From positions 10,984-74,983 of the forward strand of contig JAYRRZ010000040.1 of assembly GCA_041909865.1 (NCBI GenBank): a DNA stretch of 64,000 nucleotides, written 5' to 3'. Position numbers and translations under genes: made by a program. Numbering within the stretch: the stretch's first letter is position 1; every line of letters starts with the position of its first letter. Positions 53,788 through 64,000 of the stretch are shown here, piece by piece. This stretch comes from Candidatus Altimarinota bacterium. Lineage in GTDB: Bacteria; Patescibacteriota; Gracilibacteria; BD1-5; UBA2023. The notes under the pieces are model-generated. The model saw nothing but the letters and a program-made list of their open reading frames with translations, was not told the DNA's origin and did not search any database.

Positions 53788-54144
53788 CTATTTTGAGAGT
53801 TCAAGGAGAGCAACCTCCTCGGTCTCATAGACAGGGATAATACTGGTGATTCCTACGAGATCAAGGGTATCACGTACCTCAGATGAAAGGGTGCAGAGAC
53901 TGAATTTCCCTCGTCCATCCTCTGTTCGCTGAGCCATATCAGCGATATATCCGATGGATTTACTATTAAGATAGGAGAGATGTTCAAAGTTGAAGAGAAC
54001 TTTAACATTGGTGAAATCTCCAATATCGTTGATAATATTTGGGAAAGTAACATCAACGTTGGTCTCGTCGAGTTCCCCATGGAAAGAGAAGATTTTGATT
54101 CCAGTATTAGTAGAAGACTTCTTTACTTCAAGTTGTGTAAGCAT
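53788..54144 (-). CDS. STAS-domain anti-sigma-factor antagonist (SpoIIAA-like)
   Basis: 118 aa. FSFHGELD...LSYLNSKSIGYI...VRDTLDLVGI pattern. Confidence 0.65.
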   Translation of the reverse strand: MLTQLEVKKSSTNTGIKIFSFHGELDETNVDVTFPNIINDIGDFTNVKVLFNFEHLSYLNSKSIGYIADMAQRTEDGRGKFSLCTLSSEVRDTLDLVGITSIIPVYETEEVALLELSK

Positions 54145-54270
54145 AAAAAGAAATTTAAGATTTTGAAATTTTATAGGAAATTCCGCCTATTGCAAGTTCA
54201 AGTATATCACGTTTATTGTATTCATGCAAATTTTTCCTTGCATTTCTCTTGTTTTTTGTACACTTTCGTC

Positions 54271-55245
54271 ATGAATTATTCAATTCTTGACCCACATAAA
54301 ACCCATTCAGAATCTTTCTGGCAATCATCCACGTGGTTCAATATTCTTTCTCGATCAGGGCAGATTTCTGATATTTTCTTTTTCTGATCAAGTTCAGAGA
54401 CTTGGATGCTGATAGAGATTCGGTCTATCGGACTTGGGCAGTTGGGGGCTTTTGCTCTTGGAGTGTCTTCTTCTCAGATTCATGCAGATTTTCCGGATTT
54501 CCTGGATTCTCTCATCTCACACTTGAGAGACAAGCAAGTGCTATTCCTCCAAATTGAGCCAATTGAAGAGATTACTCCACTTCAGGATACAAAACCGACA
54601 GAGTGCTATAAAAAATTCCTGACCCCACATACTCGTATTATTCATCTTGATCGGTCACTTGATGAGATTCTTATTGGTATGCATGAAAAAGGACGGTATA
54701 ATATACGACTTGCTGAAAAACGATGAGTGAGTATCCAGAAAGTGGATGCAACAAAAGAAAATATCGATATATGGATGCGCTTGCTCATGGAAACAACGAC
54801 CCGAGATGGATTTTTTCAGAATTCACGTTCTTATTATGAGACCTTTGTTACGGAGCTTCAGGATGCACAGAGTGGTTGACTCTATTTTGCTTTCTTTGAG
54901 GGGAAGGTTATTGCGGCTGGAATCTTCGTTTTTTTCTTGAACTCGGCAATATACTACTATTGAGCATCATCAACTGATAGGGAAATGCGAAAGCATATGG
55001 CACCGTACTTGCTCCAGTGGAATGCAATAAAAGAAGCAAAATCCAGAGGTCTTGCACTATTTGATTTTCTCTGAGTTGCTGATCCAGAAAATCAGCATGA
55101 CCCTCTCCAGTGAGTTACGGAATTCAAGGAAAAATTCGGATGAGAACGTAGAGAACTCCCCAAGAAACATATGTTTATCCTTTCCTGGAAATATCAGGGA
55201 CTCAATCTGCTAAGGAAAATAGCGTCTATGCTCAGAAATCGTTAA
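54271..55245 (+). CDS. FemAB/MurM-family peptidoglycan interpeptide-bridge aminoacyltransferase
   Basis: HEKGRYNIRLAEKRG, ...YYYGASSTDREMRKHMAPYLLQWNAIKEAKSRGLALFDF..., EFKEKFG. About 8 in-frame TGAs. Confidence 0.6.
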
Positions 55246-55248
55246 TCT

Positions 55249-56370
55249 TTAACGAATACGGCAATGAGGGAAAGTCTCCACTTCTTTTGCTCAGAAGTTG
55301 TGGAGATGTGGCTTCATAAAGTCAGAGGGAACAAGATGGAGGTCTACTTTTCCTAGATTTTTCCAGTACCATTTGAGAGTGAGATATTTCAAGGCTCGAG
55401 CGATATACTCTAGGGGGGATTTTGTATCCCCAATAAAGTCACGATACACAAAACCATGTGAAATCTGTATTTCGCTGGTTGTTTTAGACGGTCTTGCTGT
55501 GATGAGCCCGAGATCATGATGGGTCATAATGGTCGGTTTTCCAGACTTAAGAATGGCAGATACTCACCATGGTCATACATATCGTGACACTGAGTGCATC
55601 CAGATAACATCAGGTTGCACTTCCTCGATGACTCTTTTCATCCATGCCTTATGTCAGAATGCAAATGGAGACCATAATGAGAGAGCTATTCGCTTCCATC
55701 GGGGAAGCGGTCAGCGATATCAGGCAAATCGTACGATTTTTCCGAGGTCTGTGAGTTCTTTTTTGAGAAAAGCAATATAGTTCTCCGCTCACCCAATAGG
55801 TGCAAGATAGTCATGGATGATAAGAATTGAGTTTATATGCTTCACCACGAGCTTGAGCTCTTCTCGCCAAAGATTTTCTTCGTAGAGAGAGAGGTCGACA
55901 GTGGTATGTATTCATTCAAAGATTATTTGTTCAAGAATCTTCAGCAAACTGTCTCAAGTATTTGTCTCGTCAAGGGCAAGATTATCAGGAATAAATGGGA
56001 CGAGTCATCATTTTCTGAATCCGCAGACAGGTACTCACTCCTTGAGTGATTCAAGTGCTACGAGGCCAAAGGTTTCTAAAAATATCGAAGGCACAATTGA
56101 TAGGTGCATTGTTTTTCGTAATTCATCGAGCTGAGCGGTATCCATTTTCCCGTAGAGAGTAATTCATTCTGGAAAACGCTTTCTCATTCATTCCAAAAGA
56201 TTCATATCTTTTCATTCGCCTACGATATGCCAATGAACTATCTCTCAGAAGTTCGTATGAATCATGGTCTTCTTTATGCAATCAATAAGAGCCTGGATTC
56301 ATTTCTCCTCGACGATTCTCCCAACAAACAGAATATTAAAAGGACTATGTTTCGTATATATGGCGTCCAT
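55249..56370 (-). CDS. GT4-family glycosyltransferase with apparently swapped (circularly permuted) domain order
   Basis: A single 373-codon frame. Residues 1-175 form the C-terminal-type domain (NILFVGRIVEEKGI..., E-x7-E ETFGLVALES). Residues 176-373 form the N-terminal-type domain (ILIIHDYLAPIGGAENY...HHDLG...LVPSDFMK). Confidence 0.6.
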
Positions 56371-57661
56371 GAGTTCTTTTTGATAGTAATATTCCTATAA
56401 GCAGAAATAATAAAAGAGAAAGAGGTGCTGATTCAAAGGTATGAAGAAAGAGATTCATAACAGCAATTCCTACAAACATCGATCAGAGTATGATATGTTT
56501 TCAGACAAGTTTCCAAAATATAGTGAACATAAACGCCAAGAATGCCATCCCGCCAATCACTCCACCTTCCACCAGTTGTTGTAGATACCAACTTTCAGGA
56601 ATATAGTATGCATCGGATTTTTCTATCGCTGATCTATCCTGTCATTCGAGCTTCTGGGTGTGACGGTATGCGGGCCCAGAGCTTCCGAGTCATTGTCCAA
56701 ACGGATGTTCTATAAAACGTTCTATGCTTGTTTTCATGCGTTCAAGGTGTCATTTGGTTGAACCTGCTCGTCCAATAATTGCCCCAAGAGTTCCTGAGTA
56801 TTGGAAGAATAGTATTCCTAAGAAGAAAACAGCAAAGAGACTAATGCCAATAAATTGTTTTCGATATTTCCCAATTATATGTCTCATGCTCATGCCAAGA
56901 GCAAAAACATATCCCGCCATTACCCCAAGAAGTGCACTTCTTGAGTACGTGTATACAATCATAATAATGAGAAAGAAGAGGATGAGTCAACTAACGAAGT
57001 ACCAATCTCTCTTATTTTTCATAAAATAAGCGAACATCCCAGAAAAAAGAATCAAGAATGCCCCCATGGTATTTGGTCCATCGAGTATGCCCTGAAATCG
57101 GCGCACATTGGCTCAGTCTATTCCGTGAAATATTGGGGGAACACCTCAAAATTGCCAAGATGATGGATTTCCAGAATATCAGAAATACAGGAGAAGGTCT
57201 TCCGAGAGAGGGAATTTTAGGATTCCACTCAAGAAGAGCATAATTCCTGTTGATACCAGAAAAAGTTTTATGTAGTATGATGTTGGTTTCATGAGGAATT
57301 CTGCCCCATGATACGTTACGAGGAACATGATAATAAATTCAAAGTCATACCTTCCACCATAGATAATTCCTGAGAGTCCGGTGGTTCCTATACTTATGAG
57401 AATCAGATAGGATATGTATAAGCCAATAATAGCATCAATCCAGCCAAGATGAGTACGAAATTCATTTTTTATGTATTTGTATACAAGGAACACTATGGCA
57501 CCAAAGATAAGGACTTCTTTGAGATAGGTAAGACCTCGTATTCAGAGTTCTTGGCTCGTAAAAACTGATACCAATGTGGTAAAAGGAAGTAAAATAATCA
57601 AGAAACGAATAATTGCATCAAAGAATCCTACTTCCGTATTTCAAACTCTCAATTTGTCCAT
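56345..57661 (-). CDS. O-antigen ligase/polymerase (Wzy_C)-like polytopic membrane protein
   Basis: ORFs 57179..57493 and 56750..56962 are in one frame and joined by TGAs. YSRSALLG motif and an extracytoplasmic loop. Confidence 0.55.
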
Positions 57662-57763
57662 AGAAAAAGAAAAAAAACCTTGCCAATAGTAATGATTTTT
57701 ATAGAATATGCAAGATTTCTTTGGTCTAAAATCACCCAGAAATCCTTTCTTATTCATACTTTT

Positions 57764-58030
57764 ATGCTAACAGATTTGCAAAAGAAAATCCTAAGGAAGC
57801 CACACGTAAATTCCACCTGTATTGGTTGTAGTGCTTGTGTCTCCATTTCTTCTCAGGTTTTTGAACTGGATGATCAATGACTCTCTTGTGTGAAGCATTG
57901 TGAAACATATGAGTGACAGGATGTTGATGATTCTATCGCTGCTTGCCCAGTCAATGCCATATCATGGCAAAATGTTGATGAAAATGGAGCCTATCTTGAT
58001 TGACTCCAAGAGCATCAAGATGCCACCTAA
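57764..58030 (+). CDS. Small ferredoxin (4Fe-4S)
   Basis: CIGCSACVSISSQVF...AACPVNAI. Three in-frame TGAs. Confidence 0.55.
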
Positions 58031-58043
58031 GGCTCACCCCCCC

Positions 58044-58075
58044 CCCTCTTAATCCGAGAGGGTATTTATTTTTTG
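58044..58075 (+). terminator. Rho-independent terminator after the ferredoxin gene
   Basis: ccctct-taatccg-agaggg followed by tatttatttttt. Confidence 0.65.
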
Positions 58076-58085
58076 AGTTTAAAAA

Positions 58086-60854
58086 ATGTTCTCATTTGTT
58101 ACTGATTTGTTCGGAGATCCGTCTAAAAGAAAACTTAAGCAATATTATAAGGAGCTTGAGAAAATCCGTACCATCGAAGCCCAATATCGTGATGAGATTA
58201 AAACGGTAGAGCAGATTCAAGCAAAAACGCATGATTTTCAAACCCAGTTTGATGGTCTTGATATTGATAATGCTGATGATATTCTAGAAATCAAAACCAG
58301 ACTTGATGCTATCAAGTACGAGGCTTTTGCTCTTCATAGAAGAGCCTGTGAGATAATTTATGGTCAAGAATTTACTCTTGATACAAATCATACGCTTGAG
58401 TGGAACATGATCCCGTATGATGTTCAGCTCATTGGTGCCCTAGCTCTGCATGATGGTAACATCTCTGAAATGCGTACAGGAGAAGGAAAAACACTTGTGG
58501 CGACAATTGCTGCATATCTCAATGCTCTCCCTGGAACTCCAGTCCATATCGTAACGGTCAATGACTATCTTGCTCGCCGTGATGCTATGGAGATGGGTAT
58601 TATTTACGCAACACTTGGACTCACTACTGGAGTTATTACCCACAATCAATCATTCCAAGAGAAGCAACTCGCCTATACCTCAGATATCGTCTATGCTACC
58701 AATAATGAGCTTGGTTTTGATTATCTTCGTGATAATATGGCCATTTCTGAAGACAAGAGGGCCATGGGAAAACGGTGGTTTGCTATTGTTGATGAGGTTG
58801 ATTCAATCCTTGTGGATGAGGCAAGAACTCCCCTTATTATCTCTGCTCCTGATTCTGAACCAACATCTCAGTATATTCGGTTTGCTGCGATTGCGAGGAA
58901 TCTGGAAAATGAGAAGCATTACAAGATAGACGAGAAACAAAAGACCGCAACTCTTACAGAAGATGGTATCACTAGACTTGAGGAGATACTCTGAGTCGAT
59001 AACATCTATGTAAGTCAGCACTACAATGATATTCATCATATTGAAAATTCACTCAAGGCTTCGACGGTGTACAAAAAAGACGTTGACTATCTGGTTCGAA
59101 ATGATGAGATTCTTATTATTGATGAGCATACGGGGCGTGTTCTTCCTGGTCGTCGGTATTCTGATGGTCTTCATCAGGCAATCGAAGCAAAAGAATCCGT
59201 TACTATTCAGCAGGAATCAAAAACCCTCGCATCAATTACTTTTCAGAACTATTTCCGTCTCTACAAGAAACTTTCTGGAATGACTGGTACAGCAAAGACG
59301 GAGGAAGAAGAGTTTTATAAGATCTATCATCTTGAAGTGATTGTTATCCCAACTAATAAACCCATCAGACGTATTGATAGGGGTGACCTATTGTTCCGAA
59401 CAGAGAAGGGAAAGTTTGACTATATCGTAAAACTTATCGAAGCACTTCATAAAGAGGGGCAGCCAATTCTTGTTGGTACGGTAAGTGTTGCAAAGAGTGA
59501 GTATCTCTCGCACCTTCTCGAAAAGAAGGGAATACCACATGAGGTACTCAATGCAAAACAGGATTCTCGCGAAGCAGAAATTATCGCAAAGGCAGGGCAA
59601 TATGGATCGGTTACTATCGCTACAAATATGGCGGGGCGTGGTACTGATATCAAGATTGATGATCGAGTTCGTACCCTCCAATGAAAGGTTTCTCTGGATG
59701 GTGCTGCAGGAAAACAAGAATACGCGCTTGGTGGACTATTTGTTCTCGGTACTGAGAAACACGAGACACGACGTATCGATAATCAGTTGCGTGGTCGTTC
59801 AGGACGACAGGGTGATCCTGGCCTTTCTCAATTTATGCTCTCACCTCAGGATGACATAATGAGAATTTTTGGAGGCAACAAGCTTTTTGCTATTCTTGCG
59901 AGTTTTGAGTCTCATCCAGAAGCGGATCCGCTCATCGAAAGCAAGGCTCTCATGAGAAATATTATTACCATTCAAAAGCAGGTAGAGGGAAGAAACTTTG
60001 ATATCCGAAAACATATCCTTGAATATGATGATGTGCTCAATCACCACCGTCTTGCTATATACTCAAGAAGAAACCGAATCCTTGAGTGAGAAGATATCCA
60101 CAAAGAAGTAGTAGAAATGGTTCATGCTGAATCTGCGAGAATTGTTGAATTGGCTCGTTTTGATGAGCTCGAGATTAGTATAGAGACGTATACAAAGCTT
60201 ACGGAAGGTATTAATGACTTTTCTGAAACAGAGCTTGCTCGACCAGAACAATTTCATGATACCAAATCAGATGTTGATTTGATTCAATCCGCAAGTGTTC
60301 TTTTGTCATGAAAGATTGAGTCTCTTCGCGATACTGGTTCTGAATCTGATTTTTCTGAGTTTGAAAGAAGGCTGACTCTTGCCGCGATTGATGAACTCTG
60401 GATGCAGCATATTGATCGTATGGCGCATCTTCGAGAAGAGGTTGCATTTGAGTGATACGCCCAGAAGAATCCTCTCGTCGTATATAAGGACCGAGCATAC
60501 GGTTACTTTATTGAGATGATCAGAAATATAGAGCATCGTGTAGTGAAGTGACTTCTTACGGCAAAACCAAGAGAGTCTATGGATGAGGTTCGTCTTGAGG
60601 CAACACTTCTTTCACAATATGCTAATTCTGCTCAAGCATGACGAGATACCTCTCTCGATTCTCCTACGAGACAAAACATTCTTTTACGAACACCCCTTCA
60701 AGAACAAGTTGAATCACCAAGCCAGACTCAGATTATGAAAGTTTCTGCTAATTCGTGAGAAAAGGAGAATTTTCCAGTCGTATGAAGAAATGATCCTTGT
60801 CCATGCTGAAGCGGAAAGAAGTATAAGCAATGTCACGGTAAGACAACTTCCTAA
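58086..60854 (+). CDS. secA: Preprotein translocase ATPase SecA
   Basis: ORFs 58086, 59067 and 59787 are in one frame. [55 protein letters not shown]-terminal zinc finger [16 protein letters not shown], with the TGA at the invariant Gly. Confidence 0.95.
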
Positions 60855-60865
60855 TTTATCTATTC

Positions 60866-61723
60866 ATGCTATTTTCTTCCAAAGATACTCCTCCTTCTCA
60901 CTTTGAAATTCAAGAACTTGAAGAAACCAATTCAACTTTTCGTGAGTTTATACGTTTTTTCCGGGATCTTATTATTATATTTTTTATTGTTATCCTGATT
61001 CGAGTTTTTCTTGTAACACCGTTTCGTATCAATGGGAGCTCTATGGAGCCAAGTTATCACGACAAAGAATATATTCTGGTTGATAAGTATTCATATCTTG
61101 ATTTTGAGAATACCAATTATGATTCTAATGCATATTTCTGATGATTGTTACCACAACCGATTGCATCAGGAGTTGATTTTCTGTTAAAAAATACGGTTGG
61201 ATTCTTGTCATTTCATGTTGGAGATCCTATACGATGAGATGTTGTAGTTATTACCCCACATGTGGATAAATCAAGGGAATACTATATAAAACGAGTGATA
61301 GGAACGCCGGGTGATACTATTTATTTTTCAGATGGGAAGGTTTCTATCAAGAAATCATGATCAGAGAAGTTTGTGGTTCTCGATGAAAAGTATTTGTCTC
61401 TCTGAAATTCTGGTCATACCTATCTTCCAGAATACGTTGAGGGAGATCAGTTCCTTATTCCCGAATGAATGTATTGGGTAATGGGTGATAATAGAAATAA
61501 TTCTGCTGACTCTCGTTCTTGTTTTCGGAATTGTTCTTGAGAGCCTGTGACAGCGCATTTTCTGAAAAGAAGAGATATAGTATGAAAAGTATTACTCGAT
61601 TTTTGATACTTTAATATTTTCTCTGACTGAGGACTTCTTCGTTCTTGAAACTTTACTTGGACCTATCCACCACGATTCCTCGATAATCCTCGGACGGCTG
61701 TTTATCCAGAGCTTTGAGAGTAA
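60866..61723 (+). CDS. lepB: Signal peptidase I
   Basis: GSSMEPS (catalytic Ser), YYIKRVIG (Lys), MGDNRNNSADSR. Many in-frame TGAs in the C-terminal half. Confidence 0.8.
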
Positions 61724-61741
61724 CTATTGGCCCAACTTTGT

Positions 61742-62599
61742 ATGTTCTATCTTATTGATAAACCTATTGGTATAAGTAGTTTTGATGTCGTTCGGAGACT
61801 AAGAAGAGAACTCTGAACAAAAAAAATTGGCTATCTTGGAACGCTCGACCCTCTTGCTACCGGATGTTTGCTGATTGCTACTGATAATAGTACAAAACTT
61901 CTCTCGTTGCTTGAGAGTGCAGAGAAAACATATATTGCAGATATTAGAATCGATGGATGAACCGATAGTCTTGACTTGTGAACCCACGTAACCCCAGTTG
62001 ATACATCAGAAATGGTATCGTATTCTCGGGAAGAGCTAGAAGATTTTTTATATTCACAAAAGAAGCAGGTTCCACCAAAGTATAGCTCCCTTCATGTAAA
62101 CGGAGAAAGGGCCTATAATCTGGTCAGAGATGGTGTATTATTTGACTTGCCAGAAAGAGTTATCCACATAAGCAATGTGGAAATTCTGGAATTTTCTCCT
62201 CCGTTTTTCCGTATACGTATACGAATATCGAGTTGATGATATATTCGGTCTTTTGCTCCACTTATTGCCACATATTTCTGAATTCAGGGGGCGTGATATC
62301 TTTCTGCCCTAAAACGAGAACAGATTCATCTTTCTTCGGTTAGTATCGGGATAGAAAGTGCTTGTTCACTTGAAGATTTTTCTTCTGAAAAATGCCTTCC
62401 GTATAAAAGTCTGTTCCCCTCCATCGAACAGTATGAAATAAATACCGCAGAATACCATGATCTTCTACTTGGAAGATCTATTAAGTCCCGTGTGGTTGCA
62501 AATAATTGACAGAGATTCTTTCTTACTTATGGAGATATTTTTGCTTCTCTTGTCCATTTTGAGAATGGATCCTTTGTTATCGAGAGAAATAAGGTATAG
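61742..62599 (+). CDS. truB: tRNA pseudouridine(55) synthase
   Basis: KPIGISSFDVV, GYLGTLDPLATGCL, PPKYSSLHVNGERAY. ORF 62012..62236 is in frame. Confidence 0.85.
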
Positions 62600-62643
62600 T
62601 ATTCACGTAAAATTTACGTTCCTGATTTGATTTTTATTATCTC

Positions 62644-63204
62644 ATGAGTACACTCCGTCTCATGAACAGTATTTTGGCTCGTGTACTTCTTGTTTTTGCT
62701 GGGGTTTTTCTTTTTTCTTCATTTTCTGGGGTTTTTGCGGCTCCTTTGGATGATAAGTATAGCTCTGGAACATCCGATACACGTACTAGTTCTTATGTAT
62801 CTGACCAGGATTCTCAAAAGGATGATTCTCAGAAAGGGGAAGAAACGAAGAAGGTTGATGATTCTCAGAAAGGGGAAGAAACGAAGAAGGTTGATAAACC
62901 TGATGCTCTTGATGAATATCAAGAAAAAGAGAAGGTCCAAAGAGAGATTAATTCCTATATTCTAGAGGCTTATAAAATTCAGGGTAATAAAATCCTGAAA
63001 GATATTGATATCAGTCTACAAAAGATAAATCTTGATAATGAAACACGCATACAAGCATATGCGAGAATCCAGAAAACGCTTGAAATGCGAAAGAGAAGAG
63101 TCCAAAATATGGATTTGAGTGATAATAATAAATCCATTCTTATAAAGTATCTCGATTATCTCATTTCTATCCTGAAGCGCAGACAGGCTGAATTGAAAGA
63201 CTAA
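62644..63204 (+). CDS. Hypothetical secreted protein with a 36-nt tandem coding repeat
   Basis: Signal peptide ...FSGVFAAP. DDSQKGEETKKV occurs twice (DNA 62821-62856 and 62857-62892). Helical C-terminal half. Confidence 0.6.
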   Translation: MSTLRLMNSILARVLLVFAGVFLFSSFSGVFAAPLDDKYSSGTSDTRTSSYVSDQDSQKDDSQKGEETKKVDDSQKGEETKKVDKPDALDEYQEKEKVQREINSYILEAYKIQGNKILKDIDISLQKINLDNETRIQAYARIQKTLEMRKRRVQNMDLSDNNKSILIKYLDYLISILKRRQAELKD

Positions 63205-63237
63205 AAACTTCCTTTGCAAAAGAGGAAGTTTTTTTTA
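63203..63237 (+). terminator. Rho-independent terminator
   Basis: aaaaacttcct-ttgcaaaag-aggaagttttttt. Confidence 0.8.
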
Positions 63238-63272
63238 TACTTTTCTTTAATATATCACTTTTTCTGTTTCAT

Positions 63273-64000
63273 ATGTCTCAAGAACTTGCACTTTGGGTAA
63301 AAAAAATCCTTGTTCTCGTGGGTATTCTTGGAATTCTTTTTCTTGTCTATAATGCCGCTTCTATTTTGCTGATTCTGGTTATTTCTGGATTTATTACAAT
63401 CCTCCTGAATCCTCTGGTGGAGAAAGGTGAAACTTTTCATGTTCCAGCATGGATTACAGTTATCGGTGTATATGTTATTATATTTTTACTTGGGAGTGTT
63501 GTTATTGGGAATCTTGTTCCTATAGTTATTAACTATATCTCATTTATTATTAACACGGTAATTGATTGGGTAAATAATGCTCAGAATATTTATGTGACGG
63601 GATGAATTAGGGGATTTAATCTTAATCCCTACATTGAACGCTTGGTATTATTTCTTTTTGGCGAAGAAAATATCACTCATACTTTTGATATCATTAAGCA
63701 AAATGCAGGAAGTATTCAGGCTTTTTTCACCAATCAAATCTCTATTTTTACTACTTGAAGCATTTCCGTTGTGAGTACGGTTGGGGGATTTATAACTGAT
63801 TGGGCTCTGATTGGAGTTATGGTGTTTCTTATGGTATTGGAACGTCGAGATATCGGAAGATTCTTTCTTCAGATATCTCCAGATATGAGTGATTATCTGA
63901 GGAATCATTATAAAAAGATTCAGCATGTTGGTACTGCTTGGATTAAAGCAATGATCGTACTCTGTTTCAGTATATTCTTTCTCACTTATATAGGATTGAT
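63273..64000 (+). CDS. AI-2E family transporter (PerM/UPF0118), 5' part; continues beyond the window end
   Basis: ORF 63273..63605 continues through TGAs. The multi-TM profile LILVISGFITILLNPLV... is typical of the family. Confidence 0.65.

Noticed and set aside
55830-55860. The GT4 ORF could be two adjacent genes: a C-terminal fragment gene followed by an N-terminal fragment gene starting at GTG (VKHINS...).
   Set aside because: It is not fully excluded. However, no stop codon (TAA or TAG) separates the halves, and the combined length equals one normal GT4. I therefore report it as a single permuted ORF and flag it for verification.

Overview
This is an AT-rich, gene-dense 64-kb chromosomal segment. 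It only reads sensibly if UGA codes for glycine (translation table 25), which points to a Gracilibacteria (BD1-5) or Absconditabacteria (SR1) type member of the Patescibacteria/CPR.

Evidence for the code: in the supplied standard-code ORF track, most long housekeeping genes are cut into 2-7 pieces that share one frame. Every break I checked is TGA, not TAA or TAG. Those TGAs fall on invariant glycines:
- RlmN radical-SAM box [13 protein letters not shown] (3934-3936)
- TrmD DDRPYG-GG-SG (30899-30904)
- ABC Walker A IS-G-PSGSGKT (15773-15775)
- RuvC GIDP-G (25530-25532)
- PMM YA-G-EHSAH (23641-23643)
- SecA zinc finger [12 protein letters not shown] (60807-60809)

Re-reading by hand with TGA=Gly gives about 75 CDS:
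- Ribosome and translation: rplJ, rplL, rlmN, rlmE, trmD, truB, alaS, tig
- Transcription: nusG, greA
- Secretion: secE, secA, lepB
- Replication and repair: ligA, holA, ruvC, a Pol I 5'-3' exonuclease, a DnaQ-like exonuclease
- A dTMP module: thyA, folA, tmk
- Others: pyk, PMM, pepF
- Many envelope and peptidoglycan-remodelling genes: PBP1A, CHAP, two FemAB-like, NlpC/P60, an amidase-SpoIID fusion, a lambda-type lysozyme fusion, a GT4 glycosyltransferase, an O-antigen-ligase-like protein

I recognised no rRNA, tRNA, CRISPR array, transposase, integrase or prophage block.

The observations most worth a second look:
1. Two copies of a promoter, conserved-core and terminator leader RNA, immediately upstream of yhhQ and of a small ORF. 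This is a riboswitch-like or attenuator-like architecture of no class I can name.
2. Two families of dispersed hairpin repeats with compensatory stem changes. Hairpin-repeat insertions also sit in frame inside ligA and tmk.
3. An AT-rich, UGA-bearing insertion inside an otherwise GC-rich, UGA-free alaS.
4. A TrbJ/TrbL-like membrane gene pair divergent from a large secreted amidase-SpoIID hydrolase.
5. An apparently circularly permuted GT4 glycosyltransferase.
6. Two otherwise intact genes interrupted by in-frame TAA.

Limits: all coordinates come from hand translation anchored to the ORF track. Start codons are best guesses. Family names are motif-level recognitions, not search results.
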